This document shows positions 1 through 9,365 of a stretch of DNA of 64,000 bases, in pieces (position 1 is the stretch's first letter; each line of letters begins with the position of its first letter). The stretch is taken from assembly GCA_963728155.1 (NCBI GenBank), contig CAVSJF010000025.1, positions 5,405 through 69,404 of the forward strand. Reading direction: 5' to 3'. A model generated the notes under the pieces. It saw only the letters and a list, made by a program, of their open reading frames with translations, ran no database searches and was not told the DNA's origin. Source of the stretch: an uncultured Thermoleophilaceae bacterium (lineage in GTDB: Bacteria; Actinomycetota; Thermoleophilia; Solirubrobacterales; Thermoleophilaceae). The translations under genes were made by a program, and so were the position numbers.

Positions 1-482
1 GTTCGGCGCTCGGCCCATTCGTCTTGCGTGCGCTGAAGGTTCCGGCCGCCGCGCCCGAAGGTGTCGGCGACCGCGGCAGGGACCTCATCCGCGCCGAACG
101 GCCGGTCCAACCACTGCGTGAGCCTCACATGGTTGATGCCGACGGCCTCGGCGGCAGGCGAATCGTCGTAGCGCCAGCCGCCGGTGATGCGCCCGAGGTG
201 GAACATCCCGTCGGTGGTGCGCGTCCAGACGAACGAGGCGACCGGTAGGTCTGCGAAACGCCGCAGCATCCTTCCGGCCTTCTCGCCGTGTTGCGCGACG
301 GCCGCCCTGACCGCGTCGTCGAACGTGGCCGGCGGGGCGGGCAGGGCGTCGCCGATGCCGACGACCCCATGCTGGAGACCGAACTCGGCGCCCGCCCCGG
401 CCGGGACGTCGTCCCGATCGCGGGCGCGCATTGGTGCCCGGTAAATCGGCGGCATCGCGACTACAGACTTCTCCGTTGGCAT
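1..482 (-). CDS. hypothetical protein; its 3' end runs off the left edge of the window
   Basis: Absent from the ORF track because there is no stop in the window. ATG at 482-480 lies 8 nt downstream of GGAGGGAGG. My translation MPTEKSVVAMPPIYRAPMRARDRDD...FVWTRTTDGMFHLGRITGGWRYDDSPAAEAVGINHVRLTQW stays open to base 1 and has GC-rich third codon positions. Confidence 0.6.
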   Translation of the reverse strand, partial: MPTEKSVVAMPPIYRAPMRARDRDDVPAGAGAEFGLQHGVVGIGDALPAPPATFDDAVRAAVAQHGEKAGRMLRRFADLPVASFVWTRTTDGMFHLGRITGGWRYDDSPAAEAVGINHVRLTQWLDRPFGADEVPAAVADTFGRGGRNLQRTQDEWAERR

Positions 483-546
483 CCCCGTGCCTCCCTCCAG
501 CGAGGTGCTTGCGAAATAAACCGCGCACGGACGCGTCTATATCAGT

Positions 547-1977
547 ATGAGGCGCTCCGGCGACCAGGCCCTGGTCCAGCCGCTCCGGGCAGCCGACGTC
601 TCCGCGGCGGCCGCTTGCGCCTCGGTGCGGCTTGTGGGCTGCGATGCCGAGGTGTCGTGCGGGGATGGCGGCCGGCGGCGCTACGTGAACCTCGACTACG
701 CCGCAAGCACCCCCGCGCTACCCGAGGTCTGGCGCGCCGTCGAGGCCTTTGTCCCCTGGTACAGCAGCGTCCATCGGGGCAGCGGACTCAAGTCGCGGCT
801 GGCGACTGAGGCGTTCGAGTCGACCAGGAGCGAAGTGGCCGCGTTCGTCGGGGCGCGCCCGGACCACCAGGTCGCGCTGGTTCGGAACACCACCGAGGCG
901 ATCAACGTCCTTGCCGCCGCCCTCCCCGACGGCACCCGCGTGCTGGGCACCCCGGTCGAGCACCACGCCAACATGCTCCCCTGGCGCCGCCACCACCTCG
1001 AAACGCTGCCCTTCCCGGGCTCGACGGATGAGCTGTGCGAGGCCTGCGAGCGGCAGCTTGGGGCGGCGCGGACGCCGTTCGACCTGGTCTCGGTCACCGG
1101 GGCGTCGAACGTCACCGGCGAGGTATGGCCGCTCGCGCGGCTCGCGAAGATCGCACACCGCCACGGTGCGCAGCTGTTCGTCGACGCCGCCCAGCTCGCT
1201 CCGCACCGTGCGATCGACATGGCCGCCATGGGGATCGACCTGCTCGCGTTCTCAGGTCACAAGCTCTACGCGCCCTTCGGCGCGGGCGCCCTGGTCGGCG
1301 ACCTCAGCCGGCTTGCCAAGACGGCGCCGCTGCTTCGCGGCGGTGGGGCGATCAAGCTCGTGACGCTGGACGACGTGATCTGGGCCGATGGGCCCGAGCG
1401 CCACGAGGCGGGCTCGCCCAACGTCGTGGGCGTCATCGCGCTCGGCGCCGCCTGCCGCAGCTTGGCCGCGCTCGGCATGGACGCGATTGCTCAGCACGAG
1501 CGCGCACTGTCAGCCCGCCTGCGCGCGGGCCTGCGCCAGGTGCCCGGACTAGAGACGCTCGCGCTCTGGTCCGGCGGCGATGTCGATCGCGTGGGTGTCG
1601 CCGCCTTCCAGCTGCCGGGGTACCGCCATCCGAAGCTCGCGGCGATTCTCAGCGCCGAGCACGCGATCGGCGTGCGCCACGGCTGCTTCTGCGCGCACCC
1701 CCTCATCGCCCACCTACTCGGGATCTCCGACGAGGAGCTCCGCGAGCTTGGAACGGCGCTCGCGGCCGGCGGCCGGCCGGCGATGCCCGGCGCGGTGAGG
1801 GCCAGCCTCGGGCTCGGCACAACGCCGGCCGACCTGGACCGGCTGACCGACGCCCTCCGTGACATCGCCCTGAACGGACCCACGGCGGCCTACCGCCACG
1901 TGCCGGCGCACGATGAGTACGAGCCCGCTGACCCGGTGCATGGCAAGACGATTGGCCGATTCCGGCGCATCGGCTAA
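547..1977 (+). CDS. class V aminotransferase / cysteine desulfurase-like PLP enzyme
   Basis: 476-aa ORF with YVNLDYAASTP, NTTEAINV, SGHKLYAPFGAGALVG (PLP-lysine context) and HGCFCAHP. The exact start is uncertain. Confidence 0.85.
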   Translation: MRRSGDQALVQPLRAADVSAAAACASVRLVGCDAEVSCGDGGRRRYVNLDYAASTPALPEVWRAVEAFVPWYSSVHRGSGLKSRLATEAFESTRSEVAAFVGARPDHQVALVRNTTEAINVLAAALPDGTRVLGTPVEHHANMLPWRRHHLETLPFPGSTDELCEACERQLGAARTPFDLVSVTGASNVTGEVWPLARLAKIAHRHGAQLFVDAAQLAPHRAIDMAAMGIDLLAFSGHKLYAPFGAGALVGDLSRLAKTAPLLRGGGAIKLVTLDDVIWADGPERHEAGSPNVVGVIALGAACRSLAALGMDAIAQHERALSARLRAGLRQVPGLETLALWSGGDVDRVGVAAFQLPGYRHPKLAAILSAEHAIGVRHGCFCAHPLIAHLLGISDEELRELGTALAAGGRPAMPGAVRASLGLGTTPADLDRLTDALRDIALNGPTAAYRHVPAHDEYEPADPVHGKTIGRFRRIG

Positions 1978-2011
1978 AGAACCGCTCCAGCCTGCCGATA
2001 CCTGAGAGCGG

Positions 2012-3471
2012 ATGCGACCGCCCCTCGCGACCCTGGCCCCAGTGGCCGCTGTCTTCGCCGCCAGCCCTGGCGCTCACCCAGCCCAACCCAGCCACTGCTC
2101 TGGGTGCGCCCGCCACGCAGCGAAGCGCTCCATCGGTAACGGCGCTGGGTACGCTCGCGCAGCTGAGCGGGGGCAAGGGGTGCCTGGTCGATCGATCCGA
2201 GCCACGCCGGGGATGCAAGCCCGTGCGGGCGCTCGACGGACCCGCCCCGTTTCTCGGCTCCAACGCGGTCGCGATCAGCCCGGACGGGAAGAACGTCTAC
2301 GTCGCTGCGTCGAGAAGTGACGCGATCGCCGTCTTCAGACGCAACGCGCGCACCGGCAGGCTGATCCAGCGCTCGGGTACCGCCGGGTGCGTCGCGGCCG
2401 GCGGTGCCAAGGGCTGCGCAAAGGCCCGCGGGCTGAACGGCCCCAACTCGGTGGCCGTGAGCCCCGACGGGAAGAACGTCTACGCGACGTCTCTCGAGAG
2501 CGACGCCGTCAGCATCTTCCGCCGCAACTCGTCGACCGGCGCGCTCACGCAGGCGCCCGGCGCGAGCGGCTGCATCGCCGGCATACCCGTACCCGGCTGT
2601 GCCACCGGTCGCTCGCTCGACGGTCCGGACGTGATCGCGGTGAGCCCCGACGGCGACAACGTCTACGTGGGCGCCTTCATCGGCAACGCGGTCGCGACGT
2701 TCGCCCGCGATGCGTCGACCGGGGCGCTGACCCAGCCCACCGACGCCACCGGCTGCATGGTCAACACGCCGACCGACGGCTGCACCACCGGCCTCGCGCT
2801 GGCCGCGCCCGAGGGCCTGGCGATCAGCGCGGACGGCAACAACGTTTACATCGCGTCCGCCGTGAGCAACGCGCTCGGTGTGCTCAACCGCAACCCCTCC
2901 ACCGGCGCGCTGACGCAGGCGGCCGACGGCACTGGATGCATCGTGAACAGCCGCCCTGGCCGGCTGCACGACCGGCACTCAGCTGGGCGGCGCCAACGCC
3001 GTGGCGGTCAGCGCCGATGACGACAACGTCTACGTGACCTCGCTGCTGAGCAACAGCCTGACGACCTTCGATCGCACGCCGTCCACCGGCCAGCTCACCC
3101 AGCAGACCGGCACGTCCGCCTGCGTGATCTTCGTTCTCTCGGTCGGCTGCTCGCTCGGCCGGGCATTCAACGGGCCCGAAGGCCTCGCGGTGTCGTCGGA
3201 CGGCTCGAGCGTGTACACGGCTGCGTTCAAATCGGGTGCCGTGGACGTGTTCAACCGCAGCGCCGATACAGGTGCGGTCATCCAGAAGGCCCGGCGCGCC
3301 GGCTGCCTGACGGGGAGCGGGCGACGCGACTGCGCCCGCGGGCGCGCCTTGGGCGGCGCCAGCTCACTCGTGGTCAGCCCCGATGGCAGGCACGTCTATT
3401 CAGGTTCCTTCGGGAGCGACTCCGTCGGCGTCTTCAAGCGGATTGCCAAGACGCGATCAGGGAAGGGTTGA
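2012..3471 (+). pseudogene. secreted 7-bladed beta-propeller repeat protein (lactonase/YncE-like); reading frame interrupted in this sequence
   Basis: ORFs 2223-3020 and 3001-3471 carry the same repeat in different frames. They join at about 2946-2949: GCIVN|(T)AALAGCTTGTQLGGANAVAVSADDDNVYV. A signal-peptide-like MRPPLATLAPVAAVFAASPGA at ATG 2012 sits in a third frame, and the repeat frame stays open upstream of GTG 2223 without any ATG/GTG/TTG. Confidence 0.7.
2223..3471 (+). repeat. seven tandem ~183-bp (~61-codon) coding repeats, one per propeller blade
   Basis: Recurring motif (A/V)(I/V)S(P/A)DG.NVY...S..(I/V).(V/T)F.R....G.L.Q....GC at about 2270, 2455, 2640, 2822, 3005, 3190 and 3375. 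Confidence 0.8.
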
Positions 3472-3472
3472 G

Positions 3473-5068
3473 ATGAAGCGCACCGACACCGATGGGATCA
3501 CTCGTGGCGACCTGCTGAAGGCCGCCGGCGCTGCCGCGCCGGGTCTCCTGCTGGGCGGCCGCGCTGTCGGTGCCGCCGCGCGACCGCGACGCGCGTCGCG
3601 CCCCCGCCAGGTCGCGGGCATGAACGTGCTGATCTTCATGACCGACCAGCAGCGCGCGATCCAGCACTTCCCGCGCGGTTGGGCCAAGCGCAACATGCCC
3701 GGCCTGACTCGCCTGCAGCGCCACGGCCTGAGCTTCGAGAACGCGTTCACGAACGCGTGCATGTGCTCGCCGGCGCGGTCTACCTTCATGTCCGGCTACT
3801 TCCCTGCCCAGCACGGCGTGAAGTACACGCTCGAGACCGACATGCCCGCCCCGCAGTACCCGCAGGTCGAGCTCGCCACCACGTTCAAGAACCCGGCCAG
3901 CGTGGTGGCGGCCGCCGGCTACACACCGGTCTACAAGGGCAAGTTCCACTGCAACAAGCCGGCGAACGGCTCCACCTGGGTCCCTTCCGACGTGAACCAA
4001 TACGGCTTCACCCGCTGGGATCCGCCGGACGCGGGCGCCAACCAGGACGTCTCGGAGGAGGGCGGCGGGGTCTACGACAACGACGGCCGCTTCATGAACT
4101 CCCAGGGGACGCCGGAGGACGGCAACGAGGGGGCGGTCCAATACCTGAGCTCGACCGCCGCGCAGAGCCAGCCCTTCTTCATGGTCGTGTCGCTGGTCAA
4201 CCCGCACGACGTGCTCTTCTACCCGAAGACCTACGCCAGCGGGGGCTATGACAAGTCCTGGCTGCAGGGTGAGATCGAGGTGCCGGCGACGGCGAACGAG
4301 GACCTCTCGACCAAGCCGAGCGTGCAGGCGCAGTTCCTGAAGCTCTTCAACGCGTCCGGGCCGATCCCGACCAAGCAGATGAAGCGCAACTACCTCAACT
4401 TCTACGGCAACCTCATGAAGGCCTCGGACGCCTATCTGGTGAAGATCATTCAGACGCTCGCGAGGTCCGGCCTGCTCGACAACACGCTCGTGATAGCCAC
4501 GGCCGACCACGGCGAGATGGGCACCACCCACGGCGGGATGCGCCAGAAGAACTTCAACTTCTACGAGGAGGCGACCCGCGTCCCGTTGGTCTACTCCAAC
4601 CCGCGCCTGTTCAAGAGGCCCCAGCGCAGCAAGGCTCTGGTGTCGCACGTGGACTTCCTGCCGACGCTCGCGAGCCTCGTCGACGCACCCGCCGCCGCCC
4701 GCGACTCCTGGCAGGGCGTCGACTACTCCGACCAGATCCTGAGCCGTTCGCCGAAGAAGCCGCCCCAGGACTACACCGTCTTCACCTACGACGACTGGCA
4801 GTCCGGCCAGTCACGCGGCCCCTACCCCAAGCCGCCCAACCACATCGCGAGCATCCGCGAGGAGCGCTACAAGCTCGCCCGCTACTACGACGCGGATGGC
4901 AACGTGCCCGACCAGTGGGAGATGTACGACCTCAAGACCGACCCGCTCGAGCGCGTGAACCTGGCCTACAAGGGCCACAAGCGCACCGCCGAGCAGCAGC
5001 GCCAGTACGTGCGCCTGCGTCGCAAGCTCGCCCGCGTCGAGCAGACCCGCCTTCAGCCGCTCAGCTGA
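3473..5068 (+). CDS. sulfatase (formylglycine-dependent arylsulfatase family), exported
   Basis: ATG 3473 follows GGAAGGG and lies 1 nt after the preceding stop. The N-terminus MKRTDTDGITRGDLLKAAGAAAPGLLL is signal-like. Motifs seen: sulfatase signature CMCSPARSTFMSGY (C-x-P-x-R) and ATADHGEMG. Confidence 0.9.
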   Translation: MKRTDTDGITRGDLLKAAGAAAPGLLLGGRAVGAAARPRRASRPRQVAGMNVLIFMTDQQRAIQHFPRGWAKRNMPGLTRLQRHGLSFENAFTNACMCSPARSTFMSGYFPAQHGVKYTLETDMPAPQYPQVELATTFKNPASVVAAAGYTPVYKGKFHCNKPANGSTWVPSDVNQYGFTRWDPPDAGANQDVSEEGGGVYDNDGRFMNSQGTPEDGNEGAVQYLSSTAAQSQPFFMVVSLVNPHDVLFYPKTYASGGYDKSWLQGEIEVPATANEDLSTKPSVQAQFLKLFNASGPIPTKQMKRNYLNFYGNLMKASDAYLVKIIQTLARSGLLDNTLVIATADHGEMGTTHGGMRQKNFNFYEEATRVPLVYSNPRLFKRPQRSKALVSHVDFLPTLASLVDAPAAARDSWQGVDYSDQILSRSPKKPPQDYTVFTYDDWQSGQSRGPYPKPPNHIASIREERYKLARYYDADGNVPDQWEMYDLKTDPLERVNLAYKGHKRTAEQQRQYVRLRRKLARVEQTRLQPLS

Positions 5069-5076
5069 GCGAGCGC

Positions 5077-5481
5077 TCAGCCGCCCTGGCTCTCGAGGAT
5101 GAGGAGCTGCCAGGTGTGGGGCCCCACCACTCCATCGACGTCCAGGTGCGCCTGCTTCTGAAAGCGGCGCGTCGCCTTCTCGGTGTCCGCCCCGAACGTG
5201 CCGTCCGCGCTGATGCCGAGCAGATCCTGCACAGCGCGGACGGGTTCACCGCGCTGACCCTTGCGAACCGCGACCACGACCTTGGACCACGTGTCGGTCC
5301 CCACCACGCCGTCGGCGTCGAGCTCGTTGGCGGACTGAAAGGCCTTCACCGCCTTCTCCGTCGCCGGTCCGAACTTGCCGTCGACGGTCACCTCGCTTCC
5401 GCGATGCAGCAGCAGCCGCTGCAAGGCCTTCACGGCCATCCCCTTCGTGTTTCTCTTCACCAGCGGCCAATCAGCGCTCAT
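5077..5481 (-). CDS. peptidoglycan-binding (PG_binding_1) repeat protein
   Basis: Two copies of the motif: VKALQRLLLHRGSEVTVDGKFGPATEKAVKAFQSANELDADGVVG and VRAVQDLLGISADGTFGADTEKATRRFQKQAHLDVDGVVG. Start set at the internal ATG (MSADWPLVK). Confidence 0.8.
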   Translation of the reverse strand: MSADWPLVKRNTKGMAVKALQRLLLHRGSEVTVDGKFGPATEKAVKAFQSANELDADGVVGTDTWSKVVVAVRKGQRGEPVRAVQDLLGISADGTFGADTEKATRRFQKQAHLDVDGVVGPHTWQLLILESQGG

Positions 5482-5534
5482 TGGGTTCCCATCGGTTGTT
5501 GGTGGCTGAGACCCTCGAAGTATGGTTGTCGCGC

Positions 5535-5723
5535 ATGGTTGAGCCGCACACCGACGAGGTACCCCAAGCCGGCCCACAGGGCTGGTGCGTCTGCGGCCAG
5601 AAGGTCACGATCGCCGACCCGCGCGAGCTGACCCTGCCGAACGGCCGGCCCGGCTGGGAGGGCCACTGCCCTGAGTGCGGGTCTCCGCTGTTCGCCATCC
5701 GCCGCAAACCTGCGGGCGGCTGA
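5535..5723 (+). CDS. small zinc-ribbon protein (62 aa)
   Basis: MVEPHTDEVPQAGPQGWCVCGQKVTIADPRELTLPNGRPGWEGHCPECGSPLFAIRRKPAGG contains a CxC...CxxC pattern. Third codon positions are GC-rich. The stop is 17 nt before the next gene start. Confidence 0.6.
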   Translation: MVEPHTDEVPQAGPQGWCVCGQKVTIADPRELTLPNGRPGWEGHCPECGSPLFAIRRKPAGG

Positions 5724-5740
5724 GGCCCGAGCGGGCCGGC

Positions 5741-7138
5741 GTGATCTTCCGGCAGGTGATCCACGACGACCTCGGCTGCGCGTCGTATCTGATCGGTGAC
5801 GAGAGTGCGGGGGTGGCCGCGGTCGTGGACCCGAAGCTCGACATCGACGACTACCTGAGCCTGGCCCGCTATCTCGGGGTGCGGATCGAGCACATCGTCG
5901 AGACCCACAACCACGCCGACCACGTCTCGGGCCACGGGCGTCTCGCGGCGGCCACCGGCGCCACGATCCACATTCACCGCGACGCCGGCCCGGACTACGA
6001 CCACGAGGCCTTCGACGACGGCTGGGAGCTCGAGCTCGGCGACCTGCGGGTGCGGGCGCTGCACACACCCGGCCACCGGCCCGAGCACACCGCACTGCTG
6101 CTGGTGGACGCCGGCCGGGGCGACGACGCTCCGTGGGCGGTGCTCACGGGCGATTCGCTGTTCGTCGGCGACGTCGCCCGCCCGGACCTCGCGATCGACA
6201 AGGAGGAGGGTGCGCGGGGCATCTTCCGCTCGCTGCACGAGAAGCTGCTCTCGCTGCCCGCCGAGGTAGAGGTCTGGCCCGGCCACCTCGGCGGCTCGCT
6301 GTGCGGAGGGCCGGGCATGGACCTGAAGGTTTCGTCGACGATCGGGTTCGAGCTCGCCCACAACCAGGTTCTGCGCATCGCCGAGGAGGACGAGTTCGTC
6401 GCCCAGGCGCTGGCCGGCCTCGGCCCTCAGCCGCCGAACTTCGAGAAGATCGTCGCCGTCAACCGTGGCCCGCTGCGCCGCGAGGGGGTCGAGGCCCACC
6501 CGCTCGCGCCCCGGCAAATCGAGCAGCAGCGCGAGAGCGGCGCCCTCCTGATCGACACTCGCACCGATCTGCAGTTCGACGACGGCCACATCCCCGGCGC
6601 GGTCAGCAACACCATGCTCCGCGCCGGCTTCGGCAGCAAGCTGGCGTGGCTGGCCGAGCCCGACCAAGACGTCGTGCTCATCGGTCGCGACGATGAGGAC
6701 GGCCGTCGCGCCGCCCAGCTCGCCGCGGCGGTGGGGATTACGCGCATCGCCGGCTACCTGAGCGGCGGCATGACCGCGTGGCGGGAGGAAAAGCGCGAGG
6801 TGCAGCGCATCGAGCGCGTGGCCCTGGCCGATTTCCACGAGCGCTGGGGGGCAGGCCGCGACACGATCCAGGTGCTCGATGTACGCGAACGATCCGAGTG
6901 GGACGCAGGGCGCATCCCCGGCTCGATCCACGAGCCCTACCACGACATCAAGGAGCTTCCCGAAGGGATCGACCCCGACCGGCCCATCGGGGTCGTCTGC
7001 GCCTCTGGGCAGCGCGCGGCGGTGGGAGCCAGCCTGGCCCAACGCTACGGGGCGCGCGAGGTGATGCACGTGGTCGACGGCGGCGTGCCGAGGTGGAAAC
7101 GCGAGGGCTGGCCGATCGAGCAGCCTGCGCACACCTAG
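5741..7138 (+). CDS. MBL-fold persulfide-dioxygenase-like domain fused to two rhodanese domains (CstB-like architecture)
   Basis: ETHNHADHVSGH (HxHxDH) at the N-terminus, followed by two rhodanese-like segments. The last has the active-site loop VVCASGQRAA. GTG 5741 was chosen as start (VIFRQVIHDDLGCASYLIGD). Confidence 0.85.
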   Translation: MIFRQVIHDDLGCASYLIGDESAGVAAVVDPKLDIDDYLSLARYLGVRIEHIVETHNHADHVSGHGRLAAATGATIHIHRDAGPDYDHEAFDDGWELELGDLRVRALHTPGHRPEHTALLLVDAGRGDDAPWAVLTGDSLFVGDVARPDLAIDKEEGARGIFRSLHEKLLSLPAEVEVWPGHLGGSLCGGPGMDLKVSSTIGFELAHNQVLRIAEEDEFVAQALAGLGPQPPNFEKIVAVNRGPLRREGVEAHPLAPRQIEQQRESGALLIDTRTDLQFDDGHIPGAVSNTMLRAGFGSKLAWLAEPDQDVVLIGRDDEDGRRAAQLAAAVGITRIAGYLSGGMTAWREEKREVQRIERVALADFHERWGAGRDTIQVLDVRERSEWDAGRIPGSIHEPYHDIKELPEGIDPDRPIGVVCASGQRAAVGASLAQRYGAREVMHVVDGGVPRWKREGWPIEQPAHT

Positions 7139-7265
7139 CCCGCCTACTCCGAGGCGGCGTAGCCGACCGCGCTCGCTTGACACGCTTCGGCGAATTTGGT
7201 CAACTGTCCAATACAGATGACTAAGCGTCTCAAACGCGGGGCGCTGACCGAAAGGAGCCGAGGTC

Positions 7266-8628
7266 ATGTCCGATGAGATCGGGGACCAGAGCGAGCGCGC
7301 CCGTTCCTTCCACGCTTCGCCCGCCGAGGCGACGCAGGCGCCGGCCGAGAGATTTCTGTATCTGGCCTGCCTGCACGAGGGCACCGGGGTGGATGAACCG
7401 GACTTCGTCGCGGTGGTGGACGCCGAGCCCGGACTCGGACACCTACGGCCAGATCGTCCACGAGACGCCGATGCCGAACGTGGGCGACGAGCTGCATCAC
7501 TTCGGCTGGAACCGCTGCAGCTCGGCCTGCCACGGACCCGATCGCTCTCACCTGATCGTGCCCGGGTTTCGCTCGTCGCGGATCCACATCCTCGACGTGA
7601 GCTCCGACCCGGGGCGGCCGCGGATCGAGAAGGTGATCGAGCCCGAGGAGCTGGCCGAGCAGACCGGCTACAGCCGCCCGCACACCGTCCACTGCATGCC
7701 CGGCGACAACGTGGTGATCAGCATGCTGGGTGACCGCGACGGGGGCGGCTCGGGTGGCTTTGCCTGCCTCGACGCGCGCAGCTTCGAGATCAAGGGCCGT
7801 TGGGAGAACGGCGGGAGCAAGCCGCCGCTGAACTACGACTTCTGGTACCAGCCGCGGAAGAACGTGCTGATCTCGTCGGAGTTCGGGGAGCCCAACGCCT
7901 ACGAGGGCGGCTTCGACCCGGCGGACGTGGCCGCGGGCCGCTACGGGCGCAATCTGCACTTCTGGGACCTCGCCGAGCGGCGCCTCGAGCAGACCCTCGA
8001 CCTGGGCGACGCTGGGCTGATCCCGCTCGAGGTCCGCTGGTTGCACGACCCCGACGCCGAGCAGGGCTTCGTGGGAGCGGCGCTGTCCAGCAACATGTTC
8101 CGCTTTCACCGCTCCAACGGCTCGTTCGCGGCCGAGCCGGTGATCGACGTGGAGAACGAGGAGCTCGAGGGCTGGCCGCTGCCCGGCGGTGTACCGGGAC
8201 TGATCACCGACCTGGTGCTCTCGATGGACGACCGCTTCCTCTACTTCTCGAACTGGCTGCACGGCGACCTACGCCAATACGACGTCTCCGATCCGGCGAA
8301 CCCCAAGCTCACCGGTCAGCTCTGGCTCGGTGGAATCCTCGGGAGGAGCAACGACGCGGGCCGCGAGCTCAACGGCGGGCCGCAGATGATCCAGCTGTCG
8401 CTCGACGGCCGGCGCCTGTACGTGACCAACTCGCTCTACTCGACCTGGGACAACCAGTTCTATCCGGAGCTCCAATCGTGGCTACTCAAGGTCGATTGCG
8501 ACCCGGCCGGCGGCATGAGCGTGGATCCCGACTTCTTCGTCGATTTCCACGACCGGCCGGGTGGCCCCGCTCGGGCCCACGAGGTGCGCCTCGAGGGCGG
8601 CGACTGCACGACGGAGATCTTCCAATGA
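7266..8628 (+). pseudogene. selenium-binding protein SBP56 / methanethiol-oxidase family; one frame break near 7428-7432
   Basis: N-terminus from ATG 7266 (RBS AAAGGAG): MSDEIGDQSERARSFHASPAEATQAPAERFLYLACL...PDFVAVVDAEP. The sequence continues one frame over as DSDTYGQIVHETPMPNVGDELHHFGWNRCSSACHG... to 8628. The break is at the cccgg run. Confidence 0.85.
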
Positions 8629-8759
8629 TCCCCGTGGCGCATCATGCCGGCGAGCAGGTGGTCCTCGCCGCCGCCCTGGGCAGCGGCCTGCTGTCGGGCA
8701 GCCTGCTCGTGTTGCGCGTGCGCCTCACGCAGGCGCTGCGCCGCCGGCGACGCGTGTGA
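8625..8759 (+). CDS. 44-aa single-TM peptide, translationally coupled on both sides
   Basis: MIPVAHHAGEQVVLAAALGSGLLSGSLLVLRVRLTQALRRRRRV. Its ATG overlaps the SBP56 stop (ATGA at 8625-8628). Its stop overlaps the GTG of the TetR gene (GTGTGA at 8754-8759). Confidence 0.5.
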   Translation: MIPVAHHAGEQVVLAAALGSGLLSGSLLVLRVRLTQALRRRRRV

Positions 8760-9365
8760 CCGTAGCGCCGCAGCCCGGACCGCGGGCCGAGACCGAGCAG
8801 GCGTTCCTGGACGCGGCGGAGCGCCTGCTCATCGAGGTCGGCTACGCCCAGATAAGCACCCGGCGGCTGGCTGAGGAGGCGGGCGCGAACCACGGTCTCG
8901 TGCACTACTACTTCGGCTCGATGGAGAACCTGTTCGTGCGCGTGCTCGAGCGGTTCACCGAGCGGCTGATCTCGCGGCAGCGGGCGATGTACGCCCGCGA
9001 CGTTCCCTTCATCGAGAAATGGCGGGCGGCGATGGGCTATATCGAGGACGACCTCGCCTCCGGCTACCCGAAGGTCTGGCTCGAGCTGCAGGCGCTGGGC
9101 TGGAACCGTCCCGACATCCGCGAGCGCGTCGCGCGCGTCAGCGGCGAATGGCGCACTGTACTGTCGGAGGCTTTCGCCGGCGGCCTCGACGAGTACGGGC
9201 TCGACCAAGACGACTTTCCGCTCGCGTGCATGGGTCACGCTGGTCTACACGTTCAACCTGGGTCTCGAGGCGGACCGGCTGTCCGGCGTGGACACCGGCC
9301 ACCGCGAGCTGCTCGAAGCAGTCGATCGCTGGCTTGAATCACAGGAGGAGGCGAAGCAACGATGA
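8756..9365 (+). pseudogene. TetR-family transcriptional regulator; one frame break near 9224-9227
   Basis: ETEQAFLDAAERLLIEVGYAQISTRRLAEEAGANHGLVHYYF is the HTH. After ...DQDDFPL the sensible sequence continues in the next frame as (R)AWVTLVYTFNLGLEADRLSGVDTGHRELLEAVDRWLESQEEAKQR, and the stop overlaps the next ATG (ATGA at 9362-9365). Confidence 0.8.

Noticed and set aside
3473-3590. Twin-arginine (Tat) signal on the sulfatase.
   Set aside because: The n-region reads ITRGDLLKAAG, with a single Arg where RR is expected. The protein is exported, but I cannot support a Tat assignment from sequence alone.
7177-7211. TTGACA plus the TTGGTCAACTGTCCAA imperfect palindrome as the promoter/operator of the SBP56 operon.
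   Set aside because: No convincing -10 element lies at the correct spacing, and only 12 of 16 palindrome positions pair. It is mentioned in the sulfur-cluster finding but is too weak to list as a feature.
5471-7384. 637-aa minus-strand ORF, and similar long ORFs: 7264-8262(-), 9245-10756(-), 11494-13149(-), 13196-14764(-), 32903-34651(+), 35603-37696(+), 37904-39166(-), 44405-46102(+), 45759-47507(-), 46124-48307(+), 51664-53100(-), 54465-55931(-).
   Set aside because: Each lies antisense to, or out of frame with, a gene that has clear family motifs. Their translations are low-complexity Arg/Gly/Pro/Ala/His-rich, as expected from stop-codon-poor frames in about 70% GC DNA.
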